Below, in pieces: positions 38,324 to 51,430 of a DNA stretch of 64,000 bases. The first letter of the stretch is position 1. The number at the start of each line of letters is the position of its first letter. The translations under genes were made by a program, and so were the position numbers. Source of the DNA: Octopus bimaculoides (Eukaryota); assembly GCF_001194135.2 (NCBI RefSeq), contig NC_068997.1:11243355-11307354 (forward strand), read 5' to 3'. The notes beneath the pieces are model-generated. The model had not been told where the DNA came from. It was given only the letters and a program-made list of their open reading frames with translations, and did no database searches.

Positions 38324-40589
38324 CGCGCGTGTGTATGTGTGTGTGTGTGTGTGTATGAAAACTGGAAAATGACGAAAATGGAAGGAAAATACAACGGACA
38401 ACTTCCAGTACAAGTGCTTTAAGAGACTACTCGTCATCCGGAGGCTGCAAAGACACCGAAATTAGATTGAGACATAGATGCAACAGGAACATACTGATGT
38501 ATTAATTCTAAATTTTTCACTATCTGAATTCTTAATGATTTTTTGCGACCTGAAATATTCAATATTGCGTGTGTTTATTGTTTTTAAATATTCAGTCGCG
38601 GAATCTTTCTATTTAAAGTAATCATATTATTTGAAGTAGTCACATTTTTCGTTCTAATGCCACTACACGTTGTTTGGTCAATCCACGTATGTCACGTCGT
38701 GCTAAGAAAATGTTATTTGTGAATCAATAAATAGATATTTGATGTTTTTATTCCTCCGGCAATGATGTCACTTGTTTCCCTTGTAAATCATGATGCTTGT
38801 TTCTTATAGTATTGCTTTGCCATTCTATCCGGCAAGCAAATCAAACAATTTGTACTTCTTCAAATTTGTTCCTTTCCTAAAACTAAGCCCGATTTCTTTA
38901 ATTCATTAAGGATAAACCAATTATTCACGCAATAGAAGGCTTCCAACACATAGAATGATCATTCCAGGCACCTTAGTAAACAGAAGGTCAACAATAGTGA
39001 AATAAATGAAAAACTGACGCAAAATGAAAGCTAATCCTGTATTCTTATCACTGAAATCTCCACCACCTAATATACAAAATTTGGTGCAACAGGAACTCGC
39101 TTGAAAAGTCTGAGTATAAGATTATAATAAAATTAAATAGCATTATACTTCTTGTTTTCTTCTTAATCATCACAATGATTATAGTTATGAATTGCCATAA
39201 TTATTCCTGAATATAGAGTAAATTGAACATAACTCATTTGAACGCGATTTATAAATTTATTCAATAAAATTTTGTCAGTCTATTGATACAGGCGAGACAA
39301 TTCTTTGTTGTTTCAATTGAAAGGTTACATTGAAATCCTAATCAAGGCACTATTGTTTAGCTTTTGGCAACAATTTCTTGGATTTCTAAAAATATTTTGA
39401 TATTAAGCAGTTCTGATAAGAGCCTTCCCATTCTATATTCCACATGCTCATAAATCACCTGTTGGTGATATTCGATCTAAATACACCATAATACGCTCTG
39501 ACACGCTTACGGGGATCTATACACACACAATAGTATACGCTATGTCACGCAGGAAACTATACAGGAGAGCTGGGTTTTTTTTAAGAAATTGAAACCCCTA
39601 TTAAATATCTAATACGACACACTAGAATTAGAAAACTCAAATTTTACATTAGAAATTACTATAAAAACAGAAATTTATATAAAAATAAAGGTGAAGATAC
39701 GAGCTTCTCTCCAGGATTCAAAAGCCTAACTTCAAACTACTGTACAATTATATCTTGCACTTTCGCAACTCTAGTTACAGATTTTAGGTTTAACTAATTA
39801 GATTTCAAACTGGTCAAAGTCGGACCCTGAGAAGAGAATTACTAAATACCCAGCTAATTGAGACAAATGAATTCATAATGGGATCCAGCAACTGGAACAA
39901 ATGCAAGTTACCTAAATGGGGTTGGCAGAAAAAAAAAAGGCAGATCAGTGAATTTTTGCTGGTCGAAAACAAGTGGCAAAAGCCGTCGAGAAGCAAATGA
40001 CGCCACCAGGATGTCAACCAATTACAAGGCTTGACTATAGCCAAACAAAATATGCAATCAGAGCGACCGAAAACAATTGACATTTTAATGTAGCGATTCA
40101 ACCAAAATACTAGGCTACAGGCGGACGAAACTCAGCGACGTCATCAAGTTTATGAACAGTCAAATGTAGAACCTATATTTTAAGGTTATATACACAAAGA
40201 GATTTAAACCTGAAGCAATTCAAACTCTCACTATCAAAACTTAGTACTGAAGAATTCATTTTCTTGCACTATACCTATAAATGTAAAAACATCGTTCTTG
40301 TTTTACTTTCTCTTTTCTTACTCTATTAAAACTTCAAGTTCATTGGCAATGAGTTATATTAATTATTAATATAACTCAATAGATGCTGAACATTCAATCA
40401 TTTCAATCATTTTGCCTTCTTTGTACGCTTATTCTTCCCAAAAGTATATCTGCTCTATGTTTAAACTGTTTGTAAAAAAAACGAACCAAATCTGTTTTTT
40501 TTTTCCTTTTCTTTTTGCATATAATTGAGATCATTTATATACATATACACCAGATGTGCCATCAAAACTCTTGATTGGACCATGTCAGG

Positions 40590-40676
40590 TGGGGGAGAAG
40601 AGCCATGCAAGGAACGTGAAAATCACGGTGGTGCACCAGCATGACCGCATCCACTTGGTTGAAACACATAAATAAA
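40590..40676 (+). mobile_element. SINE 3' tail fragment (family B-related)
   Basis: GGTGGTGCACCAGCATGACCGCA...TGAAACACATAAATAAA resembles the family B tail. Confidence 0.45.
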
Positions 40677-41039
40677 TTTTAAAAAAAAAAATGATTTACT
40701 CTTGTACTCTTCTTATCAATCTCAAAAGCTGATCGAGTTTTTTTCTGAGTAAGCTTTTTAAAAGGATCGACGCAAGTAAAAATACTCGCGAGGCAGTATT
40801 CCCTGGCGGATTTTCACATTATCTAATCATTCATTTCCGCTTTATATTTCTAATTCCAAGGATTTCATCACTTGCTCTAAAGTTCTAAAAGAAATAAAAA
40901 TAAGAAAATCGGTTAATGTTCTCATGCAAGCCAAGTATCAGCAAGAAGTCTTGGAGCCAATACTGCGATACATTATCATATGCTTTCTTGCAGTCTTTCC
41001 AACTACAGCTACCGTCACCTTTACTTCCCATCAGTTCGT

Positions 41040-41081
41040 TTTACTTCTTCTTTTCCTTCATCATCATCAACATCATCATCG

Positions 41082-41119
<38 letters not shown>

Positions 41120-41120
41120 G

Positions 41121-41159
<39 letters not shown>

Positions 41160-41339
41160 GCACCATCTTCTTTTTACTACTACTACTACCACCACCACTA
41201 CCGCTGCTGCGACTATGACTATGGCTACTACTACTACTTTTTTTGTTGTTGTTATTATCATTATTCACATTAGAGCCTTTTTTCATCTTAGGACAATGAT
41301 TTACGTTGAGTTATGTGTGTACAAATATATATATATATA

Positions 41340-41378
<39 letters not shown>

Positions 41379-41401
41379 GGAGAGAGGGAGAGAGAGAAAG
41401 G

Positions 41402-41467
<66 letters not shown>
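41040..41467. repeat. Compound (CAT)n-(TAC)n-(CAC)n-(TGT)n trinucleotide tract followed by (TA)n(GA)n(GATA)n
   Basis: Directly visible. It explains the poly-H, poly-S and poly-M ORFs at 40916-41491. Confidence 0.95.
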
Positions 41468-41510
41468 TGAGTATGTATATATGCGTGTCATTGAATATAA
41501 GGTTAAAACA

Positions 41511-41645
41511 TATTCTTTTCTACTCTAAGCACAAGGTTCGAAATTTTGGGGGTAAGGCGCCAGTCGATTAGATCGACTGCATTACACAACGGTACTTAAT
41601 TTATCAACCCCGGAAAGATGAAAAGCGAAGTCGACCTCAGCGGAA
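41511..41645 (-). mobile_element. SINE family A, 3' half
   Basis: Reverse complement of the 23690-23829 region (TATTCTTTTCTACTCTAAGCACAAGG...GTCGATTAGATCGAC...GGTACTTAATTTATC...AAGTCGACCTC). Confidence 0.85.
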
Positions 41646-42032
41646 GGGACAAAAATATTAAAACCATATCACTACAGTAATTTAATGTGTTAATGCAGTG
41701 TATGATACACAAATTTAATGGATGGTCTAGGTTTCAGTTATATGCATTTGCAAACTTCATCCATTTGCCTATACTTAAATTTTACTATTAAAATTTGAAT
41801 TCTGATGTATACGAAACATCGGTGTATGTGTGTGCTTCTACGTGTCTGTGCATGTGTGTGCGTGTGTGCGTATTTGTGTACATGTATTATATAGTTTTAA
41901 TAAAATTGTACATACTTTATATGATTTAAGAAGTTAATGATCACAAATTAACATCTTTCAGATGTGAATTCATTGAAAGAACTAAATAGATTTACATTGA
42001 CCACGTCGGTAAATAAAAACCTCAAAGAAATG

Positions 42033-42450
42033 TACCCATGTGGCTGTGTAGTAAGAAGCTTGATCCTCAATCACAACGGTTTGTGGTTTAGTCCTACTGC
42101 ATGGCATCTCGGAAAAGTATTTCCTGCTATAGACTCGGGCCAACGAAATCCGTGTTAGTGAATTTGCTTGACGGAGACTGAAAGTAGCCCGTCGTAAATA
42201 CGTGCATATACACCTGTATGTGTGTGTGTGTGTGTGTGTGGGGGGGGTCTATGTTCGTTTTTGTCCTCCACAACCGTTTGACAGCCGTTGTTTGTTAGTG
42301 TGTTTTTGTCCTGAAACATTGAGGTTCGGTTAAAGCGACTCGATAGAAAACTTTTAAAGGCTAAGTACTGGGGCCGATAAATTCGGCTAAATATTTTTTA
42401 ACGTGGTACCCCTGTATGGCCGCAGTCTAAAAACAGAGACAAGTAAAAAG
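42033..42450 (+). mobile_element. SINE family B, diverged full-length copy with internal (TG)n
   Basis: GTGGCTGTGTAGTAAGAAGCTTG head, GACTGAAAGTAGCCCGTCG, (TG)n, then tail GTATGGCCGCAGTC...AAGTAAAAAG. Confidence 0.8.
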
Positions 42451-42895
42451 GAAATGTACAGCCTATTTTACCTTACATAAACAATTATGAAAATGTATTC
42501 AAAGATATGCCAACTACATTAGAAACACATATGAGAACATACGTATTTTAAATGTAAATACATTAACTCAAGTTGGAAGCCTACATTTACGTAATATAGC
42601 AAGAGGTATGAAGAAAAAGCTTTGATACTTTAAATAAAGATGTGGAAGCAGGTGAAAGTTTGATTTGCAACGTAACTAAGCTGTAGTACCTCTATGAAAT
42701 GCGTAAAGTATACTGTATATTATTGCATTGCCTTAATGCATGGAACTGTTCTTCACCTCAATTTTTCTTCATCATGCAACACTTATATATATATATATAT
42801 ATGCATATCTAAATAAAAAATAGATACTTCATGTATGTATACAAACATACGTACATATATATTTATATATATATATATGTGTGTGTATGTGTGTG

Positions 42896-42935
<40 letters not shown>

Positions 42936-43269
42936 TGTGAATTCAAAAGTTTAATACCATATACATGCATCCATCTGTATGCGAGTATGTGTGTGCGTTA
43001 ATGTGGAATTGTACGCAGGACATACTTTATTTCATGACTCATCTTTTTCATATACTTAGAGCAAACTATAATTAACATCTATTGAAAAGAGTCTGTGTGT
43101 CTTTCTTTTTCACTTAATAAATAGAAAATGAGACCTTGGATTTTATGGAAAATTGTGTATCGCACAATTAGTTTTACAAGTTTCCTTACAAATATACTAT
43201 GAAGACATGTATAATCATATATACTTTGTATATGTCTGCCTATATTGGCACTTATGTGTGTGTGTTTGT

Positions 43270-43321
<52 letters not shown>

Positions 43322-43366
43322 GTGATAATTATAAATATATGTTCAATATTTAAAATATATATTCTA

Positions 43367-43582
43367 GTCGGAGTGCTGGCACGATCGTTAACACACCGGA
43401 TAAAATGATAGGCAGTATTTGGTCTGTCTTCGCATTCTCAGTTCAATTTCCACCGAGGACGAAGTTGTTCTTCAGCCCCTTTCGGGTCATATAAAATAAG
43501 TGGCAATTGAACACTAAGGTCGATGTAATCGACTCACACCCTTCCCCGGGAATTGCTGGTATTGACCAAAATTTGAAATCAG
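43367..43582 (+). mobile_element. SINE family A, copy 1 of a tandem trio
   Basis: Colinear with the 23612 copy; tail GGAATTGCTGG...AAATTTGAAATCA. Confidence 0.85.
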
Positions 43583-43599
43583 TATTTAAAATATATCTT

Positions 43600-43812
43600 A
43601 AGCGGTGAGCTGGCAGAACCGTTCACATACAGGACAAAATGCTTCACGGTATTTTGTCCATCTTTACGTTCTGAATTCAATTTCAGATAAGGGCAACTTT
43701 GCCTTCCATCTCTTCGAGGTCGATAAAATAGATATCAGTTCAGCTCTGTGGTCGATGTAATCGATTTATCCCCTGACCCGGAATTGCTGGCTCTGGGCCA
43801 ACATTTGAAATC
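43600..43812 (+). mobile_element. SINE family A, copy 2 of the trio
   Basis: AAGCGGTGAGCTGGCAGAA head; same tail type as copy 1. Confidence 0.88.
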
Positions 43813-43834
43813 AATATTTAAAATATACATTCTA

Positions 43835-44040
43835 TTTGACGCTTGGGCAGATTCGTTAGCACGTCAGAGAAAATGCATAGCAGCATACATTCCCACTTTA
43901 CGTTGTGGGTTAAAATACCACCCAGGTCGACTTCACCTAAAAAGAAATCAACCTGGTTCATTACAAATAAATACCAGCTGAACAGCGGAAGTAGAGGCGA
44001 TCGACTTCCCCACTCCCTCGAAATTAGTGGACCTATGAAA
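43835..44040 (+). mobile_element. SINE family A, copy 3 of the trio (most diverged)
   Basis: GGCAGATTCGTTAGCACGTCAGAGAAAATGC...GGTCGACTTCACC...AATAAATACCAGCTG...GGCGATCGACTTCCCC. Confidence 0.7.
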
Positions 44041-44868
44041 ACAGCATTTAATGTGTGTGTGTGTGGGGGGGGGGTTAATAGACACAGTGTGTTCAATTTA
44101 TATTTTAGAAATTCACATTGAATGACCGAGGAAGTTAATTCTATCCCACTGTGTGACTTTGAGCAACTAGCATTTTCTGGTCGATTCCATTACTCTCTGC
44201 TGTTTCTCGTTCAACAAGGAGGGGGGGGGGGATCACCTGAACTACGAAATAAATAATCGCATGAATTAACATGTACACAACTGAGCATTCCAGATGTTGA
44301 TCTCTAAGCTAATTTTTAGGCAGAGCTGGTGTAAAATATTTTTTTGTGAAAGAGCTTTCCGTTTTCAATTACGTACAACCTATATGTAGCGATTTTTACA
44401 GATGATTTGACAGTGAAGATGCAACTTGCTGTCCTTCAGGGAAATCTATCGGAGCGAACTTAAGAGTAATGTTTAAAGTCATTTATTGCTCTAATAGATT
44501 CCGGGGTATCGAAAGTTATATCGGGGAAGGAGTGGTGAGATCTGAGTTTAATTATGCGCCTAATCAGTTTCTCTGTATTGTGCTCTCAGAACACTTGGCA
44601 ATATTTGTTTTGCGTCTTCCTTGCTATATCTATTGGCATTATTATGGAGAAAACTATTTATCATGAACTACTGGGCCGATGGGAGAATCCGCAGACCCAA
44701 TTTCGTTGGTAAATGATTACAACAATTTTGGTTTGTGTCCCATTTTCTCAGTAGCGCAATCCTCCTCTGCAAATTTTTATTTAAGCTTACATACATACAT
44801 ACATAGATAGATACATACATACATACATACATAAATATATATATATACATACATACATAAATAAATAA

Positions 44869-44907
<39 letters not shown>

Positions 44908-46531
44908 NNNNNNNNNNNNNNNNNNNNNNNNNNNNNNNNNNNNNNNNNNNNNNNNNNNNNNNNNNNNNNNNNNNNNNNNNNNNNNNNNNNNNNNNNNNNN
45001 NNNNNNNNNNNNNNNNNNNNNNNNNNNNNNNNNNNNNNNNNNNNNNNNNNNNNNNNNNNNNNNNNNNNNNNNNNNNNNNNNNNNNNNNNNNNNNNNNNNN
45101 NNNNNNNNNNNNNNNNNNNNNNNNNNNNNNNNNNNNNNNNNNNNNNNNNNNNNNNNNNNNNNNNNNNNNNNNNNNNNNNNNNNNNNNNNNNNNNNNNNNN
45201 NNNNNNNNNNNNNNNNNNNNNNNNNNNNNNNNNNNNNNNNNNNNNNNNNNNNNNNNNNNNNNNNNNNNNNNNNNNNNNNNNNNNNNNNNNNNNNNNNNNN
45301 NNNNNNNNNNNNNNNNNNNNNNNNNNNNNNNNNNNNNNNNNNNNNNNNNNNNNNNNNNNNNNNNNNNNNNNNNNNNNNNNNNNNNNNNNNNNNNNNNNNN
45401 NNNNNNNNNNNNNAGAGAGAGACGTGCACATTTTTGTTGTTGATGTAATCTGTATCGACACTTAAAATTATATATAGTTGTTGTTGGCCAGGTGAAGATC
45501 ATTTGCCCCCCTTCTGATCCATTTTCTAAATTTGAAGGATACATCAAGACTCTTTAAAGTTAGTGAAAATGTGTATATGAGGGCATACAAGAATGAAAAG
45601 CAGAGTTTGGAAGAGTGTGTATTTACCGAATGTATAGGTAAAATGATGTATTGGTTAAAAAGTAGAATAGCACACAAAAAAGACACAGGAAACAACTGAA
45701 AAAAAAAATCGTGAATATCGAACCAAAGAAGTTGGAGGAACCGATGGAATGGTTGTACGATACATTCGAAGCACAAACACCCCTGCAGTTGATTGAAACC
45801 AAGCGTAAAGAGAGGGGAAAATAAAACATTCATAGTTTCTAAAAATAGATGCTAAGAGCCAAAAATATTAAATTTTCAGAAAACAAAACAAACAACTGAA
45901 AAAAGCGAGGTTAGGGGTGAACAAATAAAAGATTACTGCGAAATAGAATGACACTTTGTAAGAAAACATAGAAGAGGAGAATTAATGCAATGCAGTACAT
46001 CGGATATTCAACAGACGAATTTTATAGCAAATTCTAAGGACTTCAATGGCTGGCCAGGTTCTTTTATTTCTCTTGAACTACATAGACGATCTTCGAGACA
46101 GGAAGTGTCTAGAGATAGAACGAAACGTTACACAGAATATGAAAGAGAAGATAGAAGCTGGACGAACTTTTCTCACTTTCAAATGGTTTGATATGTATCA
46201 TAATAAAATTTATTAGGGAATTTTTTTAAGTACTGCACACACACGCAAACGTACGCACACACACACAAGCAAACACACAAACACACCTGCACATACTCAA
46301 AAAAATAGCGACACGTTTATATCTTTACATACACACACACATATATATATATAGATACGCATATCTTATGTAAATATATGTATATATATATATATATATA
46401 TNNNNNNNNNNNNNNNNNNNNNNNNNNNNNNNNNNNNNNNNNNNNNNNNNNNNNNNNNNNNNNNNNNNNNNNNNNNNNNNNNNNNNNNNNNNNNNNNNNN
46501 NNNNNNNNNNNNNNNNNNNNNNNNNNNNNNT

Positions 46532-46568
<37 letters not shown>

Positions 46569-47384
46569 TAAGTGGTAGGTTTGCCTCGATCCTTCAGGGG
46601 TAGTCTGAAGCATCCAAGCAACCAGGGGATGTTTAAATCCGGAGGCACTCCTGGGGATCACCTGTATATATACATATACATGAACATATATATAATTATA
46701 ATTGTAATTATATTTTTATAATTGTATACTGAAAAATTAATTTTACCGATACGGTCATTTTTATACACTAGGCCAATGATATAACTTATAAGTATATATA
46801 TATATATATATAAATCTTATATATATGAATGTGTGTGTGTATATATATATATATATATCCACTCATTTACAAATATGAATGGAAAATATATTATACGGCA
46901 ACCTTGGTATACTCAGAAGACTGTACCTATGTTCGACCATGTATGTGTCTGTCAATATGACTAATTAGTTAGCTTCATTAGGTAAGAATTGTTAAAATTC
47001 TGACAGTTGTAATTTCTATAGAAGAAAAGTCAATCTTTCTAAATAAAGTTGTATTACATATATGAAAATTATATATCTCTGCAAACTATTATAAATGTCA
47101 AACAATAAGAAAGGATGCGTGTGTACATGTACGTGTGTGCTCGTTCTATTTGCATGTATCAGATGTGTAAGTATTTGGAAATGCTCAGTGTTTATATATT
47201 TCCCTTTTCGTATGCACATGATGCTAATTGCGAACAAGTTATTTTGAATTTATGTTGCAATATTGAACGAAGTGTATTTCAACTTTCAAAATGGCATTTA
47301 TAATTGGACTAAAATTAGGAAGATACATATCGAAGCAATGTATATATTTCATTTGCAGGATTCAATGGTGACAGTTCGACATTT

Positions 47385-47775
47385 ATTTTATCTTTTACTT
47401 GATTTAGTCATTCCACAGTGGCCATGATGAGGCATAGCCTTAAAACTATTCTTGTAGTCGAATCTACACCAGGACTTATTTTTCTACACCGGCACTTATT
47501 CAGTTGCCCTGTTTTACCGGGGACGAAATCACACTAACACCAGTTGTCATACATAGAGATCTATCTTTCTCTAAATGCGTGTGTTTGTGTGCTTGTGCTT
47601 GAGTGTCTTTGAGTGACGGACTTCTTTCAGTTTTTTTTCTAGTAAGTGCGCTCACAAGGCTTTGGTCGGCCTGATGCTATAAGAGAAGACACCAGGCCAA
47701 GACGTCACGCACTGGGACTGAACTTGGAACTGTGGCTGGAAAGCAAGCTCCTTACCACGCAGCCTACATGTGCTT
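47385..47775 (-). mobile_element. SINE family B, diverged full-length copy
   Basis: Reverse complement of the family B tail (TCTTTTACTTG...GTGGCCATG) and head (CACAAGGCTTTGGTCGGC...GGGACTGAACTTGGAAC...CTTACCACGCAGCC). Confidence 0.8.
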
Positions 47776-47857
47776 CTGCGATATCTATTCACATATATAT
47801 ACATGCATATATATATGTAGTTACCTTTATGTTTTTTTTTAAAAGCAAAGATGTGTG

Positions 47858-47914
<57 letters not shown>

Positions 47915-49034
47915 NNNNNNNNNNNNNNNNNNNNNNNNNNNNNNNNNNNNNNNNNNNNNNNNNNNNNNNNNNNNNNNNNNNNNNNNNNNNNNNNNNNNNN
48001 NNNNNNNNNNNNNNNNNNNNNNNNNNNNNNNNNNNNNNNNNNNNNNNNNNNNNNNNNNNNNNNNNNNNNNNNNNNNNNNNNNNNNNNNNNNNNNNNNNNN
48101 NNNNNNNNTGGGAAAGTTTAGGATACACGCATGTGTGTGTGTGTGTGTGTGTGTATAAAGAATAGATTTCAGTGACAACGCTGGAAATTAGAACGTTTCG
48201 TAAACAATCGCGTCTATGTAAACAATGTGATCGAAGAGACAAAACAAGTGTAGTCGTTATATATGCATATTTCAGAATTTATTCCTCGTTCATCAACACC
48301 ACACTAAATCCGTCACATATTCCCAAATACGTTGCTTAAATATCTACTAGTTTTAGCAATGCAACACAACTCGATAGACTCCTTTACATATTAAACGAAT
48401 TCCTGCCAAATAATACTTCTATATACCTTGGTGGCAAGGACGCAGGGCTTCGGGTCTTTATTTTGTATTTGTTTCTCTATGTATGCGTGTCTTTTCGGCA
48501 TACTTCCGCGTAAATACATCAGGCATTTTATTTGTAAGTATATGTCTATTTTTTTTTTCAAAGGTGTGTGTTTTCGTGTTTCTGCTTGTTTTACTCTGCT
48601 TACTATGTATAAAAAATGTATAATTTTAACTCTGTGTGTTGATTAGCATATGTGGATATGTCTGATTCTATATGCTTGTCTGTTAGCATCAGTAGATGTA
48701 TGTATATATTTATAACTATGCAAATATTTATGTATATTTGTGTATATACGCGATTAGACAACGACATGTATGAGTCGCTCATAAATTTGTAAAAGTTTTG
48801 CGCATGTTAATTTTCAGGTCATGAATCCAATTAAAATTAATCAGAAAACTAATATAAAAATTATAATTCGATTAAATATTTTACTCAGTGGCGTTTCGTG
48901 AACTTCCATATCGATATGACTTCAAAGGTCAAATAATTTCAAAAGTCTTTTACATCAAATGTCAGATGTAATTGAGATGGAAATTCAGAGACTTCATAAA
49001 CATTAAAGAAAATTATTTTAAGTGTATAATATTT

Positions 49035-49138
<104 letters not shown>

Positions 49139-49757
49139 NNNNNNNNNNNNNNNNNNNNNNNNNNNNNNNNNNNNNNNNNNNNNNNNNNNNNNNNNNNNNN
49201 NNNNNNNNNNNNNNNNNNNNNNNNNNNNNNNNNNNNNNNNNNNNNNNNNNNNNNNNNNNNNNNNNNNNNNNNNNNNNNNNNNNNNNNNNNNNNNNNNNNN
49301 NNNNNNNNNNNNNNNNNNNNNNNNNNNNNNNNNNNNNNNNNNNNNNNNNNNNNNNNNNNNNNNNNNNNNNNNNNNNNNNNNNNNNNNNNNNNNNNNNNNN
49401 NNNNNNNNNNNNNNNNNNNNNNNNNNNNNNNNNNNNNNNNNNNNNNNNNNNNNNNNNNNNNNNNNNNNNNNNNNNNNNNNNNNNNNNNNNNNNNNNNNNN
49501 NNNNNNNNNNNNNNNNNNNNNNNNNNNNNNNNNNNNNNNNNNNNNNNNNNNNNNNNNNNNNNNNNNNNNNNNNNNNNATTTCAAGATCTTTATATTTGCT
49601 CAGTTTTTGGTAGGTCTTGACAGATACGTTTATATCGATTGGGACAGTCATATCAATGAGGAGGCATGATTTTTGTCTGAAGTCTTTCAGTATGATGTCT
49701 GGCCTATTTGCGTCTATCTTTCTGTCAGTTTGAATGCTGAAGTTCCAGAGGAGTGCA

Positions 49758-49758
49758 A

Positions 49759-49818
<60 letters not shown>

Positions 49819-49843
49819 CATTATTATTATTATTATTATTATT
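49758..49843. repeat. (ATT)n microsatellite
   Basis: Directly visible. Confidence 0.97.
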
Positions 49844-50026
49844 AGGAGAGCTGGCTGGAGGGAATGCTTAGCGGTATTTCACCCGTTGCTCCGATCTGAT
49901 TTCAAACTCCACCGAGGTCGACTGTTCCTTTTTAGCATTTCGAGTTCGAGAAAATAAGTACCATTCGAAGACTAGGGTCAATGTAATCGATTCTTCCCCT
50001 TCCCCAGAATTGCAATATTTGAAGTC
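49844..50026 (+). mobile_element. SINE family A copy flanked by (ATT)n
   Basis: GAAATGCTTAGCGGTATTTC-like segment, CCGAGGTCGAC, AAATAAGTACCA and GGGTCAATGTAATCGA. Confidence 0.75.
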
Positions 50027-51330
50027 ATTATTATTATTATTGACATTATTATACTTCTGACAGTTTACATGGAGATCAGCTATGATTGAGCAGATATGTG
50101 ATTAAAATCATTTAAACTTTTAACCATTCTTTATATTACATTTTTTGGGACCACATTATCCAGTTAGTCGATCCACCTTCAAAGAAAGTAGAACATGGTT
50201 CGATGGAATGTACATAGCTTAACCGCGCCACATTTGATCATTTAGCAAAAAAAAGGAAAAAATATGTACTTCATATTTTCTACGACTGTGTTGAAATGAT
50301 GACAATTATCATGCGATACCTTATATCCAATAACATTGTAAGAATACAGCCACTTGAAGAATCTTTATTTTATTTTTACAGATGATACGTAGCATCTATA
50401 TGTGACACGTGACCCCTATAGCTCTTATAAGCTTTGCATTAATACCTTTTGGGCAAATGTGAATCAAGATAAGAGTCCGCTTCAGCAATAGTAACATTGA
50501 ACAGCCATATTGATGTAGTGGTTAACTTAACCTGTTTGTATAGTTACTACTCTATTCTCTTATTGTACAGTTAGCTACATTGTTTGTTGCAAATCCGTGA
50601 CCGATCGTCGCTTTGTTTTCTATATATTGCTAGCTGGTATAAAATTGCATATTTTCTAACAGGTCACTGCTTCTTCAATATTTTCATGGAATTTATTTGA
50701 AAATGAAAGCACATTTCAATCGTGTAGAATATAAACGTAGTGTTCTTAAACATATAATTCCTTTCTTATATTATCTACTGTTGGACTATGGCGGCTGAAG
50801 ACCTGTGAAGCAGCCTGGCGTATAGTAATTTAAATTATTTGCTTGATTGGAGACAAACGATCAATATGATATGGTGTATTTCTGGCAGGTAGTCTATTTA
50901 TGTAGTCCATTAGGGCGTACATTTTTGTTCAAGTCGCAATCTTATGTATTCAAAAGGGCTCCAATTACGCATTGTTGTAGAGTTTGCTTGTGAACAGAGC
51001 GTAAGCATATAAAATTCTAATTGCTTCTTTACATGCCGTCACTGCATTTGACACAGTCCTTAAATCAAGAGGGTAAAGATAACATATACGACACTTTCCG
51101 TGGCCTGTGAGACTGGTGCACTATTTTATGTTAATAATCAGTGCAGCGAATTTACTCTAGAGTCAAAGCACATAAACATTCCTTCCTGCAGTTTTAGCCA
51201 GCGGTCCCGTCTACCCAATTTCAATTGCAAAGCATTGACAGCACTGGTTTTATGAAGAAATTATTCGCACAAAGTGGTGTCCAATGGGATGCATAGTGAC
51301 TTATCTATACCATTTCACATTAAATATTAG

Positions 51331-51430
51331 AATAATTCCATTAGATATGTAATAATACCATTCGAAGGCGAATAACTCTATTCAAAATGGAAGAGCTACA
51401 TTTAAAAGGGAATAATTCCATTCCAAATGA
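51331..51430 (+). repeat. Degenerate 20-bp minisatellite, 5 units
   Basis: AATAATTCCATTAGATATGT / AATAATACCATTCGAAGGCG / AATAACTCTATTCAAAATGG / AAGAGCTACATTTAAAAGGG / AATAATTCCATTCCAAATGA, with an exact 20-nt period. Confidence 0.8.

Noticed and set aside
51331-51430. CRISPR-like repeat-spacer array
   Set aside because: The units are only 20 nt in total, the repeats are degenerate, there are no cas genes, and the context is eukaryotic.
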